A stretch of 58,998 nt of DNA, filler included, from Basidioascus undulatus (taxonomy: Eukaryota): NCBI GenBank assembly GCA_000826855.1. It is 9 parts of 9 records of this genome, joined end to end, with 100 filler letters (N's around TTAATTAATTAA, not from the genome) between each part and the next. Parts side by side here need not be neighbours in the genome. Positions count along the whole stretch, not along the records: positions 6,585 to 13,055 come from JTLS01001732.1; positions 13,156 to 19,626 come from JTLS01001733.1; positions 19,727 to 26,197 come from JTLS01001734.1; 6 more parts are not named here. One strand, 5' to 3'. The notes below the pieces were generated by a model that was not told where the DNA came from, did not search any database, and worked only from the letters and a program-made list of their open reading frames with translations. The translations under genes were made by a program, and so were the position numbers. Positions 11,312 through 26,014 of this stretch are shown here, one piece after another; the stretch's first letter is position 1; every line of letters starts with the position of its first letter.

Positions 11312-13055
11312 ATGGCGCCGATACCACCGCTCGAGATTCGCGCGTACCACTCTCTGCTCCGGCACGAGGCCCGTTTGGGCCCCAGCAGGGGCGAGGGGAT
11401 CTACTGGGACCTTCTGGAGAGTATCGCCGGCATCAGGTACATCCAGCCCTTCCAAACCCCCCATGAAGGACCGCAGTGGCTGATGCCCGATGTCGCCCTC
11501 TTGCAGCAAGCGTCAACTGCACGACAACGCCTTTAACTCGCTATCTCCGCCTCCATCCGAAGCCCGCATCCCTCTCGGAGACGCCGCGTTCACCGCCGAA
11601 AGGTCGATATCCGTCTCGCCTTCCTCCTTCATCTTCTCATCGTCGTCCCTCTCCCCCGACCCGCACTACTCCCCCGACGCGGACGCCCACGAGACGCCCG
11701 TCCCTACCGCCGCGATAGGCGCGATCGCCGGCGTCGCATCCATCATCCTCCTCGTCATCGGCGGATGGTGGCTGATCCAGCGCCGCAAGATGGCGGCGAA
11801 GAACTCGCGGGCGACCGCTGTCGCGCTTGAGAGTGGGATGCAGGACGGAGAGGGAGAAGGTGGACAACGGCGGTACCGGGGCCTGTCGAGGATCGCCAAG
11901 GAGAACACCAGTTTGTCGCTGGTCGAGGAGGAGCGTGTATGTTTTGTCCCTCGTTGACTTCATCCCGGCACGCCATCTGACTCAATTGTACTTTACTTGC
12001 AGGACTCTGAGGTCTCCGCATCTACCTCGCCATCGATCAAGCTCGGTTTCTCCCGCCCTTCCTCCATCGACTCGGGCATCGGCCGCGCCTATACCGCCAA
12101 CGCTGGCCCGTCCGCGTCTACACCAAATCTCGTTCCGGCGCCTCCCGCCGTCATGACGCGCCACAACGTCTCCCGCAAGCCCGCGCCCGCCTACGCCCCT
12201 TCACCTACTCGCTCTCGCCCGTCCATGGCCGAGCCCTCGTCTCTTCCGAACGAGGCGCCCGCCGCCCGCGACGAGGAGCCGACGCAGACCGAGCAGGGCC
12301 AGCAGCTCCCGCCCAAGAACAAGCACCGACGTCGCTCGACCGTCTCTCTCGCTTCGCTCCGCAAGCTGTCGCTGTGGCCCAGCAAGGACGTCGACGATAA
12401 GCTCGGGACGGCATCGCCGGGGTTCAACAAGCCGAAGAAGCCGCTTACGATCGACGTCCCCCCTCCCACGACGAACTTCCTCCGCGTCGCGCCGATCGGC
12501 GGGGACTCAGACGCCTCGCACCCGCCTTCGGCCTTCACGCCCATCACTCCAAGCCCTCCCCCCGACGCGCCCGTCGAGATTCTCGCCCCATCCCCCGCAT
12601 CCGCCTTGGCGGCCGTCGAGTCGCCGTCGACGCGCCGGCTCTCGATCATGTCCATCCTCCCCTCCTTCTCCACCCTCGCGTCGGCCGACCTCGACGCCTA
12701 CATCGACAAGCACTTCGCGAGCGGCGGCAATGGTCAGGTCGACCTCGAGCGCGAGCTCGCCGTCTTCGGGAGCCCCCAGGCCGGGTACACCGACGGCTTT
12801 GAGCCGTACTACCCCGCTGCGGGCGAGTTCGGGCTCTCGCCGCGGTCGTCGCTCGGCAGCGAGAAGACGTGGAACATCGCCATGGAGAAGGCCACGCCGG
12901 TCTTCGGGGATACCTCGTTGGACGCCAGCCTCGGGGAGAAGCGCGCGTCGCTCTTCGTCTTCCCCGCCCCTCCGCTCTCCGCGATCCTTGGCGACGCCAT
13001 GTCCTCCTCGGCGCCGACCACGCCTTCCGACACTGGCCTCAACACCCCCTCGCCG
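11312..13055 (+). CDS. Single-pass membrane protein with S/P-rich flanks (3'-truncated)
   Basis: ATG 11312; introns at ~11437-11505 and ~11937-12003. Hydrophobic helix AIGAIAGVASIILLVIGGWWLI is followed by QRRK. A long S/P-rich cytoplasmic tail runs into the contig end. Confidence 0.65.
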
Positions 13056-13155
13056 NNNNNNNNNNNNNNNNNNNNNNNNNNNNNNNNNNNNNNNNNNNNT
13101 TAATTAATTAANNNNNNNNNNNNNNNNNNNNNNNNNNNNNNNNNNNNNNNNNNNN
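13056..13155. other. Artificial contig spacer
   Basis: N44-TTAATTAATTAA-N44. Confidence 0.97.
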
Positions 13156-13734
13156 ATGATGTAAGGTAACATGATATCCAGGTAAACTAAGGTACGATCT
13201 CAGAGTCGACCGAAGCAGCGGGTCATTTAACGGGTGGCCTGCAGCTATGCATTCCACCTCATGTAACACCGCTGAAACATCACCATGTCGTTCAGAAGAT
13301 CCTCTCGTATGTGTCCTTTGGTAATTTCTTTGGGACTGTGGAGCCGTATTACGGTCTTATAGTCGACCAAGCCGCCGTGAGGTGGACGGGAGATGGCATA
13401 GCGACATGCAGAGTTTCTGGATGGGTCGACAGGCGGAGCGCGAGTATAAGGCTTTAAGTTTCGGTACGTGATGTGATTTTTCTAAGTATTTATGGTGGTA
13501 TGACCACGAGAGGAACTGCTGGTACAAGTGTTCGTCGAGGCAGTTTGGGCTGAAAGTAGACGCAGTCGGCGGAAAGGGTGGCTGTGACCGAAATGAAAAC
13601 TGCTTCGGTCGTTCCGGCCCCTGATACGCATCAAGCGCCGGATTCGCGTCCTCGGCGCGACTCGACTTCATCCACATCCTCATCGTTAACACTTTCGTCG
13701 TCGCCGTTGGCAGTGGGCCGGTAAAGGCGCAAAA

Positions 13735-14561
13735 ATGGTGAGGGAAAGCAGCTTGTGCGTCTTGCTCCTGTGCGGCTGAGGCTGATGGTCACGGTCGGGG
13801 GCGCCAGAACAACCCGTCGCACCCGTCCTCGGCGAGTCCCACAGATTCACGCAGACGTACGTCCCTTCTCGCACTCGATGGCCGGGCATGAGCGCCTCAG
13901 GATCAGAGCCTCATTATTTCCTTCCCCCTCAGCCCAACTCGGACAGCCGCCCTTCCCCTCTCTCCCCCCGATCAACCTCCCTCCCCTCGGGCGCGGCGGC
14001 GCACCCCCTTCCCAGCAGACCACCGGCGCATCCTCTGCCAGCCGCGGGCCTAGCGCCAGCCCCAGCTTGTCCCAGGACCAGGTTCAGGGCGGCCAGCATC
14101 CGCTCAGCGGCACCGGGGGAGGCGGCGGCGGCTTTGGGTCTTCCAGTGCGTAGTTTTTGTGCCCATCTCTTCCTCCAACCCGTCAACCAATTCACCCCGC
14201 CTACACAGACCTCTTCCGCCCATCCCACTCGCCTCCGCGCCCTGTCCCCTCCTCAGCCTCCTGGGATCGCGCCCCAAGCTCCAGCTCCTCTTCCAACACC
14301 CCATCCGACCGCCCCTACCTTCCTCCGCCCTCCGCCCCCACGCCCTCCCCGAATCTCGCGCGCCTGAGCGCCTTCTCCGCTCCCGACATCTTTGGAGACC
14401 GCCGCAGCTTGCCGAGCCCCTTCGGGCCGCAGGGCGTCATGGGCGTCAGCGCCATCCTCGGGCCAGGGGCGGGCGCGGGCGCGTATCAGCGCAGTCCGAG
14501 TGGCGGCGCTGAGGCGCCGGGAGGAGGAGCGTATGCCTCGTTCGGTCCTGGGCGTCCGCAG

Positions 14562-14593
<32 letters not shown>

Positions 14594-14695
14594 GCACGCC
14601 CAACACCAACAGCGGCAGGCACACTACAAAGCGGCCGAGGAGGCGCACGCGTACGCGTACGTTCAGCAGCAACAGCAGCAACAGCAACAGCAGGT

Positions 14696-14726
<31 letters not shown>

Positions 14727-17700
14727 GCGCAGCGCCAACAGCAGCAGCGCAAACGCGAGGAAGAGGCAGCGGCAGCGGCAGCAGCAGCAGCAGCCGCTCA
14801 ACAGCAGGCTCAGCAGCAGGCTCAGCAGCAACAGGTGAGAGTTTTCCTCGGACGCGCTCGGCATGAGAGGGAAATTGATGAAACCCAGCAGCAGCAGCAC
14901 CCGTACCGTCCACGCTCGCACTCGGACCTCACCCGTGCCGCCCAAGCCCAAGCACAGGCTCAAGCACAGCAGCCCTCCCTCCACGCGCACCACGCCGCTC
15001 AGTCGCACGCTCTTGCGGCATTCGCACCCCAGGCCGCGCATGCATCCCCTCGCCGCTCTCATGCGTCTGCCCCGCCCAAAGCCGCTCCCGCCGCCCAGCA
15101 GCAAGCCGCGGGGCCGTGGGACGCTGGCGCTAGCTCCGGCGGCGGCGGCGGCGGTTTGCGCAAGACTGTCTCGTCGTCCTCGGCCAAGGCGAACACGGTC
15201 CCGGACCCGCACCGGCCGGTGTACCACCCGGCGCCTCCCCCGCCAAGCGCGACGCCCGACGATTACGCGAGCACGTACGTGTACCGTCCGCGCACGGAGG
15301 TGGGGAGCAGCATGGACGAGGTCGTTGCGCGGAAGGGCGCGAACGGCGCGGGAGGTAGCGCGCTCAAGAGGGACGGGTCCGGCTCCGCGGGCGTCAAGCG
15401 CAAGCGCAGCGTCGTCACCGCCGACGGCACGGGCGCGGGCATGACGAAGCACCCGCGAACAGCGGCCGCGGTCGCCGATGCCGCCGCTGCAGCCGAGGAG
15501 GAAGAGTGGGAGGCAATCCGCCGCCAACGCGGGAACCGCCCGCTGTTCACGCAGGCCGATCTCGACGCGCTCGACGCGCGCGGATCGCTCATCGTCTCCT
15601 CTTCGGCCGTCTCCGCCTCGCTCGCGGCCCTCCCGCGCCACTCGCTCGGCCGCGTAACCTACTCGCCCGGCGCGCTCCTCCCCATCGGCGGACCGAGCAA
15701 GAACCAGTTCGAAGGCGGCGTCGTCGACGTGATCGTCTCCGCCGGTTGGCTCGGCGCCGGGTGGTCCGTCCGCGGCGGGCGCAGCGTCGGCGGCGTGGAC
15801 ACGGGCTACAACGTGCACGACCTCAAACCCGTTATCGAGCGCGCCGTGTGGGGCACGGACGTGTACACGGACGACTCGGACCCCGTCGCAATCGCGCTGC
15901 ACACGGGCATGCTCCAGCCTGTGCTGAACTCTAACCCCGCGGCGTTTGTCCGGAGCGGAGACCTCAAGCTCAGCTTCCGGGTCGCGCCGAGGCTGGTCGC
16001 GTACCACGCGAGTCTCCGGAACGGCGTGCGGAGCAGGGGGTGGGGGAACGGGCATGACGGGCTGAGCCTGGTCCTGGAGAGCGCGGAGGTCATCCCGGTG
16101 CGTCACCTCCCTTTTCTCCCATCACAATCCACTTGTACTGACGACCGACCTTGACATAATCAAACATAGTCCGGTGCCGCTCAGTCGCTCACCCTTCCGA
16201 ACCGCAAAGCACGTCTCGCCCTTTACGCCGCGGCGCGCGCCTGTGCGCTCACGGTCGAAGCTGAGGCGGAGCTGTTCAACGCATCGCCGCCGTCCGCGGC
16301 GGACGAGGACGAGGGCGACGAGGACGAGACGCGGGAGATAAGCGCGATTGAGTTCGCCCGTAAAGGCGACCATGTCGGGTGGAAGTACCGCCCTGAGCTT
16401 GTCAAGGCTTTCGTCGACTTGCGCATGGGCTTGAGGGTTGCCAGGGAGAAGGTTGGAGTGAGGACCCACGATTTGATACTGGATAACGATGATGAGCGGT
16501 ACGTTTTCTCGATTATATTTTTTTATGGTTGCGTAGAAGCGCGAAGCTGACGAGTTGCGTTGCGATGCAGGTACAACCTCACACTCCTCTCCGCCCCATC
16601 GTCCACCAGCGGCGAGCCGACGTACAAGCTCGTCATCTCCTCCTCCTCCGCTGTCCTCGCCGAGTCAGCGTCGCCAAGAGACCTGGACTGGACGCCCGAC
16701 GGCGTCGTCGTCCGCACATCCGGTGCGGGGGTGGATGGCTGGTTCTGCAGCGTCAGCCGCGTGTGGTGGACTCCCCGCGCGCACGCGCTGGAGCCCACGG
16801 AGGAGATGGAGGTGGATGGTGCGGACGAAGGTGTGGGAGCCGCTGGCGTGGTCGTGAAGGAGGAGCCGGGATTGAAGGAGGAGCCGCTGAGGGCGGCCGA
16901 AGCGGATGCGGATGCGGGCGCGGCTGAAGCTCCGGCGCTCGAAGAGACTCCAGTCGCCCCGGCGCCCGCACCGATGGAGGAGAACGTGGAGAAGGCGCCG
17001 GCGGAAGAGATAGAGCACGCAATGGAGGTGGAGGAGGACAAGCGTGAGACGGAGATTGAGAAGGACAAGGAGGGCGAAGACGCGACGACGGCGGCGGTCG
17101 AGGAGCGCGAGCCTGCAGTAGCTGAGCCCCAAGCTGCCGCTAAGTCGTCATCCGCCCCTCCCGCCGAAGCGGAACCAGCGCCCGCTCCTGCCGAGCCGAC
17201 TTCTGTGCCTCCTCCCGATATCACCGCCGCAGCCGCGCGACCTCCGCCCGTGGAGATGCAGCCCGATACGCAAACGCCCCAGATCCAGCCTCCCGACCCG
17301 TCTCTCGACCCGTCTTACGAGCCTACCGTACGTCCCGTCTTCCTGTCTACTCATCCCCCCTTACGCACGCGTTTCTCAACATCTCGTCCTTTCACAGCGT
17401 GACCTCGATCTCGCCCCGCCCGTCCCGACGCCGCCGGCCGACCCAGCACTGGCGAATCCCGCCATCGTATCCTCACTCCATCAGCCCCTCAACACCTCCG
17501 TGAGTGCGGAGCTGCCGCCCCCTCCGCCACCGTCTGAGGCGCCCGTGGCGCCCCTCGAGCCCGAGCGCCCGAACACCGTCGATGAGGCCGAATTGGGGAT
17601 TACGCCTGCCCCGGCAGAGGGGAAGGAGGGGGAGGCGAGCGTCGACCCGCGCGAGGCGGAGGCCAGAGTGCACGAGGTGGACGAGAAGCTCAAGAGCCCC

Positions 17701-17823
17701 AGGATCCGCCCGCCTCCTGGATGGGTCGATCAGCCGCCCCCCGAGGAGAGCGGCGCGGCGGAGGAGAAGGCGAAGGAGAAGCCCGAGGAAGAGGAGAAGG
17801 AGGAGGGGGAAGTGGAGGAGTGA
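13735..17823 (+). CDS. RXT3: Rxt3-domain protein (Rpd3L histone deacetylase complex subunit) with polyQ N-terminal region and acidic C-tail
   Basis: Rxt3 signature RAVWGTDVYTDDSDPVAIALHTG…VAPRLVAYHASLRNGVRSRGWGNGHDGLS. Multi-exon. The start is inferred as ATG 13735-13737 immediately followed by a GTGAGG donor. Stop TGA at 17821-17823. Confidence 0.8.
14559..14832 (+). repeat. CAG/CAA polyglutamine and GCN polyalanine coding repeats within RXT3
   Basis: Several (CAG/CAA)n tracts and (GCA/GCG)n are visible directly. Confidence 0.9.
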
Positions 17824-18250
17824 GATGAGGAGTGATATGAGGTGGAGGACGGTCGTTTCATTTGGCTTTCTCTTTCGGGTCCTGTGTGCGCCGGTTCACG
17901 CTGTAGTATCATGTAACAGGCTGTATTGGATCTTGGACAAGTACGCTTCTCCTTGGTCGAGCCTGGCGAAGACGAATATGAAAGCGGCAGAGTGCACGCA
18001 GTTGTCAGGTTTGTCAGTGCCCCACCGTTGAGTTCTTGGCTCTCGATGGAATGCATGCATGGGTGTGGAGTGTTACCATAGTACATGAGCTTGCGTGGGC
18101 ATCACTCGTGAATGTTTTGCACATTGAAACCCTCTTACCTGTTTTCAAGTGTGCTTACGTGAGCGAGCATTTTACGGCGCGTCTGCATCGCACACCCCTT
18201 CCTCTTCCGCACACCTTCAAGGCTTCACTTTCCCCATCTTCATCTTGACC

Positions 18251-19208
18251 ATGCCTCCCCGCGCAGCGCGCCCCATAGACCCTCGACTCTTCGGTGCTGC
18301 TCAGCCAGCGTCTCCTCATCCTCCCACTTTCCGTCCTTCCAGCCTGTCCCCCTCTTTCCCACCTGTCCTTTCTTGCTCCCCTGTCCCATCGTTCTTCGCT
18401 CTCCATAGGCCCGCTGACGTGCGAACCGCAATAGGTGCGGCCCTGCTGTCGTTGCTGCCGTCGAGCGGGGGCTTCGTGTGCGCAAAGGCGAGGCGCAGCC
18501 TCCGCGGGAGGCGAACACTTGCGATGCGGTGGGATGTGGGAAGGGGACGGGCGTCAGTCTGAAGAACTGTTCGCGCTGCCGGGTCAAGCGCTACTGCAGG
18601 TGCGGTGGCGTCCTTCCGTATCTTTTTATGCGCTTCTACTTCGTCGATGCTGAAATTGCCATGGCATGCAGCGCTGAGTGACAACGTGCGGACTGGAAGG
18701 CGGGTCACAAGTGCGTGCCGGTTTCCGTCTTCCAAACCACCTCTGTGGTCTCTCTGGCGGGAAAACTGACGCGTTACTGTCGTTCCAGGACAACCTGTGT
18801 TCTCTTCGCCGCGTCCGACAACTTGACCGTCCCCCTCTCGCCCATGCCCGACGGAGACATGTACCGCGTCTTGGACGTCGTCCGTCTCGCGACCGGCCTC
18901 CGCCCCTCCTCGCACAACCCCACCACCACCTCCGGCGGTCCGTCCGCGCCCTGCACGGGTGACCCCGCGACGGACATGAAGGTCCAGCTCCCTGTGTCCG
19001 GGAACGACCTGCTCGTCTACAACCGCAAGCGCACGCTGCAGGGGCTCGTGAAGAGGAGCGAGTGCAAGGATGAGTACGACCGGATTGCGGACGTCAGCAA
19101 GAGGAGGGAGTTTGCGGGTTGAAGGCGTACTTCAGGGCTGACGTGAAGGATGCGGGCGCGAAGGTGGAGATCATGGTGGCGGAACCGTTGGCGCCGCAGG
19201 AGTGGTAG
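18251..19208 (+). pseudogene. MYND zinc-finger protein with premature stop and frameshift
   Basis: CDAVGCGK…LKNCSRCRVKRYC|SAE*QRADWKAGHK|TTC has TGA at 18679-18681 where the MYND Cys is expected. The C-terminal GLKAYFRAD…LAPQEW* is out of frame after ~19105. Confidence 0.75.
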
Positions 19209-19520
19209 GGGGGTGCGGCTGCGCTGAAAGGGAAGACGCTGTTCGGACTGATCATGCACTGCTGCTTGATTAATCCATTCCTATCAACTGCGACTGCAAT
19301 GGTTGGAATGAGACTCCATGCAGTAAGCTTATGCAGCAAGAAAAGCAAGACCCCAAGCTGAACTCATCTACATGCCGCTTAGATCGCGCTACGTATTGGA
19401 ACGCGCGCGAAAGTTGCTAATGGCGCGTACGCGCTGACAACTACTATAGTACGAGAATGCAAGGCCCCTTCCGCACACAGCACGCACGACGATGAGGGCA
19501 GCAGAGCGAGATGGATTTTA

Positions 19521-19626
19521 TTCCTCCTCGCCTTCCTCCTCCTCTTCCTCATCTTCCTCCTCTTCCTCCTCTTCCTCCTCTTCCTCCTCTTCCTCCTCTT
19601 CCTCCTCTTCCTCATTCTCTTCCTCA
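19521..19626 (+). repeat. (CTTCCTCCT)n / TCC-TCT microsatellite at contig end
   Basis: Near-perfect 9-nt/3-nt periodic pyrimidine tract. Confidence 0.9.
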
Positions 19627-19726
19627 NNNNNNNNNNNNNNNNNNNNNNNNNNNNNNNNNNNNNNNNNNNNTTAATTAATTAANNNNNNNNNNNNNNNNNN
19701 NNNNNNNNNNNNNNNNNNNNNNNNNN
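19627..19726. other. Artificial contig spacer
   Basis: N44-TTAATTAATTAA-N44. Confidence 0.97.
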
Positions 19727-20974
19727 CCGCCCCGGCCGCACCCGCCCCCCCGACGCCCAACCACCCCGCGACGCCGCTCAAGCTCCACATGCTGCGGCTG
19801 CGCGCGTGCTCGCCGGGCGTGCGGAGGCTCCCCCCGCCCACACTCATGCGCCCCCCGCGCGCGGTCGCAGTGCGGAGGGCAGAGAGGTCGACGAGAGCGG
19901 GGGAGGGCTCGGCGGACCCGGAGAGGTGCGCGAACGCCCAGAGGAGGAGCGCGTGCCCTGGGAGGAGCGCGAGGTGCCGCGCCGGCGGGAGCTGCGAGGG
20001 TAGGGAGGAGGAGGAATAGGTTGAGTTTGCGTGCGTGTAGAGTGTGGGGGCGGGCGAGAGGGAGGGGGAGGGCGCGATGGATGGGAATGGAGAGGGCGAG
20101 GGTGAGGGTATCGGACCTGGGGTCGTTGGTGGGGCGGGGGACGGGGAGGCGAGGAGGGATAAAGGCGCGGGGCCGTAGAGCGCGGAGACTTTGCGGGCGT
20201 GGGGATGGGAGGAGGGGACGGGACGGGCCCGCGGGGAGGGCTCCACTGCTGCAAGAAGGCCATCTCCTGTCCATCGTCGCTTGCGGGCCCTCGAGAGTTG
20301 AGAAAAACCGACTCACGAGGCGCATCCTCACCAGCAAAGTTCTCGCTCTTGACCCTCGCCCTTTCAGCGCCGTTCGTCCTGGGAATCGCGTCCTTCCCAT
20401 CCGTCCCCGCCCCCGCCGCGCCTCCTCGCGGCGGCGTCTGTAGCGCTGCCTCGATCCCAAAGCCCTTCGCGATACTCAAGCTCTGGCTGCGGGGGTTATG
20501 GCTTCTCTGCGGCCTCCCTCTTCTGGCGGGGGGCGCGCCGATACCCAACTCGCCTATCAATCCCGCCCCGAGGCCGGGCTTCTCGCGCTCCTCGTCCCTC
20601 GCCTCCTCCTCGCCCTCCCCGTCCCCCTCCTCCTCCCTCCTCGCCCTCCGCCGCCCAACAAGCCCCAGCCTTTCCGCACCCCTCTTGCGCTCCTCCCCCG
20701 CGGCAGCCCACGTCTTCGGCGGCAGCGGCGCCGTCATGGGCGCGGCGTCCGCGCCGAGGCTGACGCTCTGCACGGCGCGCGTGTGGCCGTGCGCGCGAGA
20801 GGGCGTCTGCGCGGAGGGCGGGACGGGAAGCGTGTTGCGGAATCGGATGTGGAACGTGAGGGGCTCGCCGGCGAAGTAGGCCGAGGAGGAGGGCGTCACT
20901 GTTATCGCGATGGGCGGGGAGGAGGACGAGGAGGACGTCGTGGGCGAAGTCGGATGGTGCGACGGGGGCACCAT
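19727..20974 (-). CDS. RGP1: Rgp1-like (Ric1-Rgp1 Rab6/Ypt6 GEF subunit), 5' part, 3'-truncated
   Basis: N-terminal ITVTPSSSAYFAGEPLTFHIRFRN and later LLLWAFAHLSGS…GGGSL match the fungal Rgp1 pattern. There is an intron at ~20316-20250. Confidence 0.65.
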
Positions 20975-21605
20975 GGTGTGGTCTGGGAGACATAGCATGC
21001 ACTGTTAATTCGATGATTGTTCTTTGGAAACACAAAATCTGTGACATATACGCGTACATTGATGTCGATGGCCAGATCTCCAGCTTGTCTCCAGCGCTCC
21101 CTTCAGCCGCAGTGTCCTTCCTTCACGTGCCAGCGCAGTCCCAGCGCCTAAGGTCCACCTGGCTGTTTACCTCTGATCAGCCATATCTACACATATTCTG
21201 TACAAGCACACCTCGCACCTGTGTAAACGTGTATTGAGAGCAAAGAAGCGCTGAGCTGGCCCCCGCGTTGGGCGAGTCGGTCGCGGTCAAGATGCAAGCG
21301 AGCATGCGATCGAGGCCGCGGGCCAGGAACGCCGGGCCGAGCGCTGCGCTGCGAACTCCTACGCGATGACTGTGCGGTATCGCCTCGCGTCAACAGAAAT
21401 GTTTCTGTGGTACTCAGAGCAGATAATCCAGAAGTTTTGTTGGGGAGCTTTGTAGTTGCAGGAGGGCGGCCATTGAACTGCACTTGTCGCTGTGCGCTGC
21501 TGTGTCTCGAAACGGTACGCAGCCAACGCCTACACGCTGTCCCACAAGCACCCATCTCCCAAAGCGCGCCAAAATACCCATCCATCCGTCCCCAACACCC
21601 CACCC

Positions 21606-22724
21606 CTACTTCTTCCCCTGCAGCTTATCCATTTGCTTCTTCGCCCTCCCCAGCTTGCCCCCAAAGCGATCCACGTCCTCCGTCAATCCGTCAAGCATCT
21701 CGTTCTGCCCCTCGATCTCCGCGCCGATCGCCACGCCGAGCATCTTCTGCCTCGCCAGAATCGCGCTCAGGCCCTTGAGCTGCTCGTCCTGCTGGTCTAT
21801 CACGCTCCGGTGCAGGTGCAGCACGCCCGCGTTGTCGAGCGGGCGCGTCTGCGCCGTCTCCTGCGGCGGGGCGGAGGGCGCGCGGCCGAGGACGCGCCCT
21901 GGTCGTAAGGAGGAGGAGGAGAGAGCGGAGAAGGCGGAGGAGGAGGAGGCGAACAGTTCTGCGCGCTGGGCGGTGGGCGGTGGAGAGGGGCTTCGGGAGC
22001 GGGAGGACAGCGCGCCGGCACTCCTGGCGGCCACCACGAGCTTCCCCAGCGTCTCCGCCTCGTCCTGCAGCCGGCTCACGAGGTCCCCGCGCCGCCGCAG
22101 CTCGCCCTCCGGCATCCCCGCGCGCCCCAGCCCCTCCAGCCCCACCGCCAGCTGCCCCAGCCGCGTAAGCAGCGCCGCGAGCGCCTTCTTCGCCTCGAGC
22201 CCCGTCGCGTGCGCGGATGACGCGCTCGCGCTCCCTTGCGTAAGCAGCGCATCCCGCTTCGCGAGGAGCGAGCGGATTGTGCGCGCCGAGGACTGCAGCG
22301 TCGCGTGTTCCTCGAGCCAAGACGAACTTGAGAAGCTCGACGGCCCAGCGCCAGAGGAGGAAGACGCGGAGGAAGGGATCCCTAGAAAGACTCTGAACGC
22401 CTGGGACTCTCGCCAGCGGGCGTCCTTGTCCGCGAGGATCGCGCGGAGGTAGCGCTCGAGTGCGAGCCGGCGCTCTTCGACGACGGCGGGGTCGGTGCCC
22501 TTGCGCCCGAACAGGCTCAGCGCATGCTTGGGCGGGAGCGGCGCGGGCGGGGCGGACCCCGTCGAGGACGTGAGGTCTGCGTGGAGCGCGTCGAAGGACG
22601 AGTAGCGGTGGAAGGTCGACCAGGTCCGGACGGGCGCGGAGACGTGTATCTCGTACACTGTGTGCGGGGAGGGCGACTGGCGGAGCGACGTGCGCGGGAT
22701 GGAGACGCTTTGAATCGGGTACAT
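21606..22724 (-). CDS. VAM7: PX-domain Qc-SNARE Vam7 (vacuolar fusion)
   Basis: N-terminal PX domain (HTVYEIHV…RYSSFDALHADL…PLPPKH…EERRLALERYL) and C-terminal t-SNARE (QQDEQLKGLSAILARQK…EIEGQNEMLDGL) with no TM helix. Single exon, 372 aa. Confidence 0.92.
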   Translation of the reverse strand: MYPIQSVSIPRTSLRQSPSPHTVYEIHVSAPVRTWSTFHRYSSFDALHADLTSSTGSAPPAPLPPKHALSLFGRKGTDPAVVEERRLALERYLRAILADKDARWRESQAFRVFLGIPSSASSSSGAGPSSFSSSSWLEEHATLQSSARTIRSLLAKRDALLTQGSASASSAHATGLEAKKALAALLTRLGQLAVGLEGLGRAGMPEGELRRRGDLVSRLQDEAETLGKLVVAARSAGALSSRSRSPSPPPTAQRAELFASSSSAFSALSSSSLRPGRVLGRAPSAPPQETAQTRPLDNAGVLHLHRSVIDQQDEQLKGLSAILARQKMLGVAIGAEIEGQNEMLDGLTEDVDRFGGKLGRAKKQMDKLQGKK

Positions 22725-23106
22725 CGCGGGGGGGGGCGGAGGGGTTGCAGCTAGGACTAGGGTGGTTTATGATGGGTTTGTTAAGGGAGAGATATTGCCA
22801 TCCCAGCTGAGATGGGAGAGAGGATTTGAGGAGGAGGAGGTCCAGAGGGGCACAGCGATCAGAGCGGGCGGCCCGGCTGTCCGAGCAGGCACGTCAGCGG
22901 CTGACAGCAGCGACAACCAACAGGCAAACACGTCTCCCGCAAGTCTTCGCACTTCCGAACTTCGCAACTCCCAAATTGCGGCACATCTCTCACAATTCTA
23001 CACATCTATCATAGAACAGTGTTACAATACACACATCACGGATCTCCACAGCTCACACACAATATACACATCAGGGATCTCCCACAGCTCACACACCACC
23101 TCCTAC

Positions 23107-25221
<2,115 letters not shown>

Positions 25222-26014
25222 CTGATGAAGGTGGGCTCTGGATGGGCAGGATGAGGGCGGTGTCTCTGGGCTGTGAGTGAGGTGTAGCGAGCGGACATGG
25301 GCGTCAAAGGAGAACGCGTCGTCCCTGCGTCCGCAGACGTCAGGCGCGCCTCGCGTATCAGAAAGCGTCCAATGAATTTCTACAGGGGTCCTCACGTTCG
25401 TCCATCTTGGCCACCGGCAGCGACCTCATATACTTTGGGTGATTGGCTCGCATACACAGCATTAATGCGCATGCTTGCAGAGATTGAAGCACTTGAAGCG
25501 TTGGTGCTGCGCGAAGATCATGCATGCAGCCGCCCGGAAAAACCCATCTCGCGATCGCACATTCAGCACTTGACTGCACACTCGACCAACTCGACCGAGC
25601 GCCAGATATCAATTGTGTGCTTCTTTCTTCTTCGACATTGACACGTATGCTTTGCTATAGACAAACAAGTCAACCACTCCCCTCTCCCCTCTTCCCCTCT
25701 CCCTCTCCTCGTTCCCTCTCTGCCACCCTGACTGTATCGAAAGAGCCCTCAGAAAAAGAAAGAACGGAGCCCGAAGGGGGGAGGCGAGACTCTGTAAAGT
25801 ACGAACGAGAAGGACGAAAGGAAAGAAAGCATAGAGAGCGAAAAGGGGGTGTGAATATATCGACATGAAAGAATGAACAAGAAGTGGAGAGCGGGCAGGG
25901 GGAAGGGAAGAGAAGAGCGCATGGTGGCGCGTGAAAAGCGTGGTATCATCATAAAGGACACGGCGGCGAGCGCATAAAGGACATAGCCCAAAAAGAAAGG
26001 AAGGGAAAGGGAAC

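Noticed and set aside
14253..16106. 617-aa minus-strand ORF and many other long antisense ORFs (e.g. 4940-5596, 7258-8040, 21484-22452, 41800-42738, 55407-56483)
   Set aside because: They are shadows of real genes on the opposite strand, caused by high GC3 and CAG repeats, and have no independent motifs.
18679..18681. Selenocysteine or alternative genetic code
   Set aside because: The same gene has an independent frameshift, TGA acts as a normal stop in other genes here (SPO71, RXT3, HEM2, BRX1), and Dikarya are not known to use Sec.
21606..22724. Intronless VAM7 as a retrocopy
   Set aside because: No poly(A) remnant or target-site duplication is visible, and the ORF is intact with normal codon bias.
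23031..23096. ~30-nt imperfect direct repeat (ACACATCAnGGATCTCC…CACAGCTCACACAC) x2
   Set aside because: Simple local duplication in the kinase 3' UTR region with no further structure.
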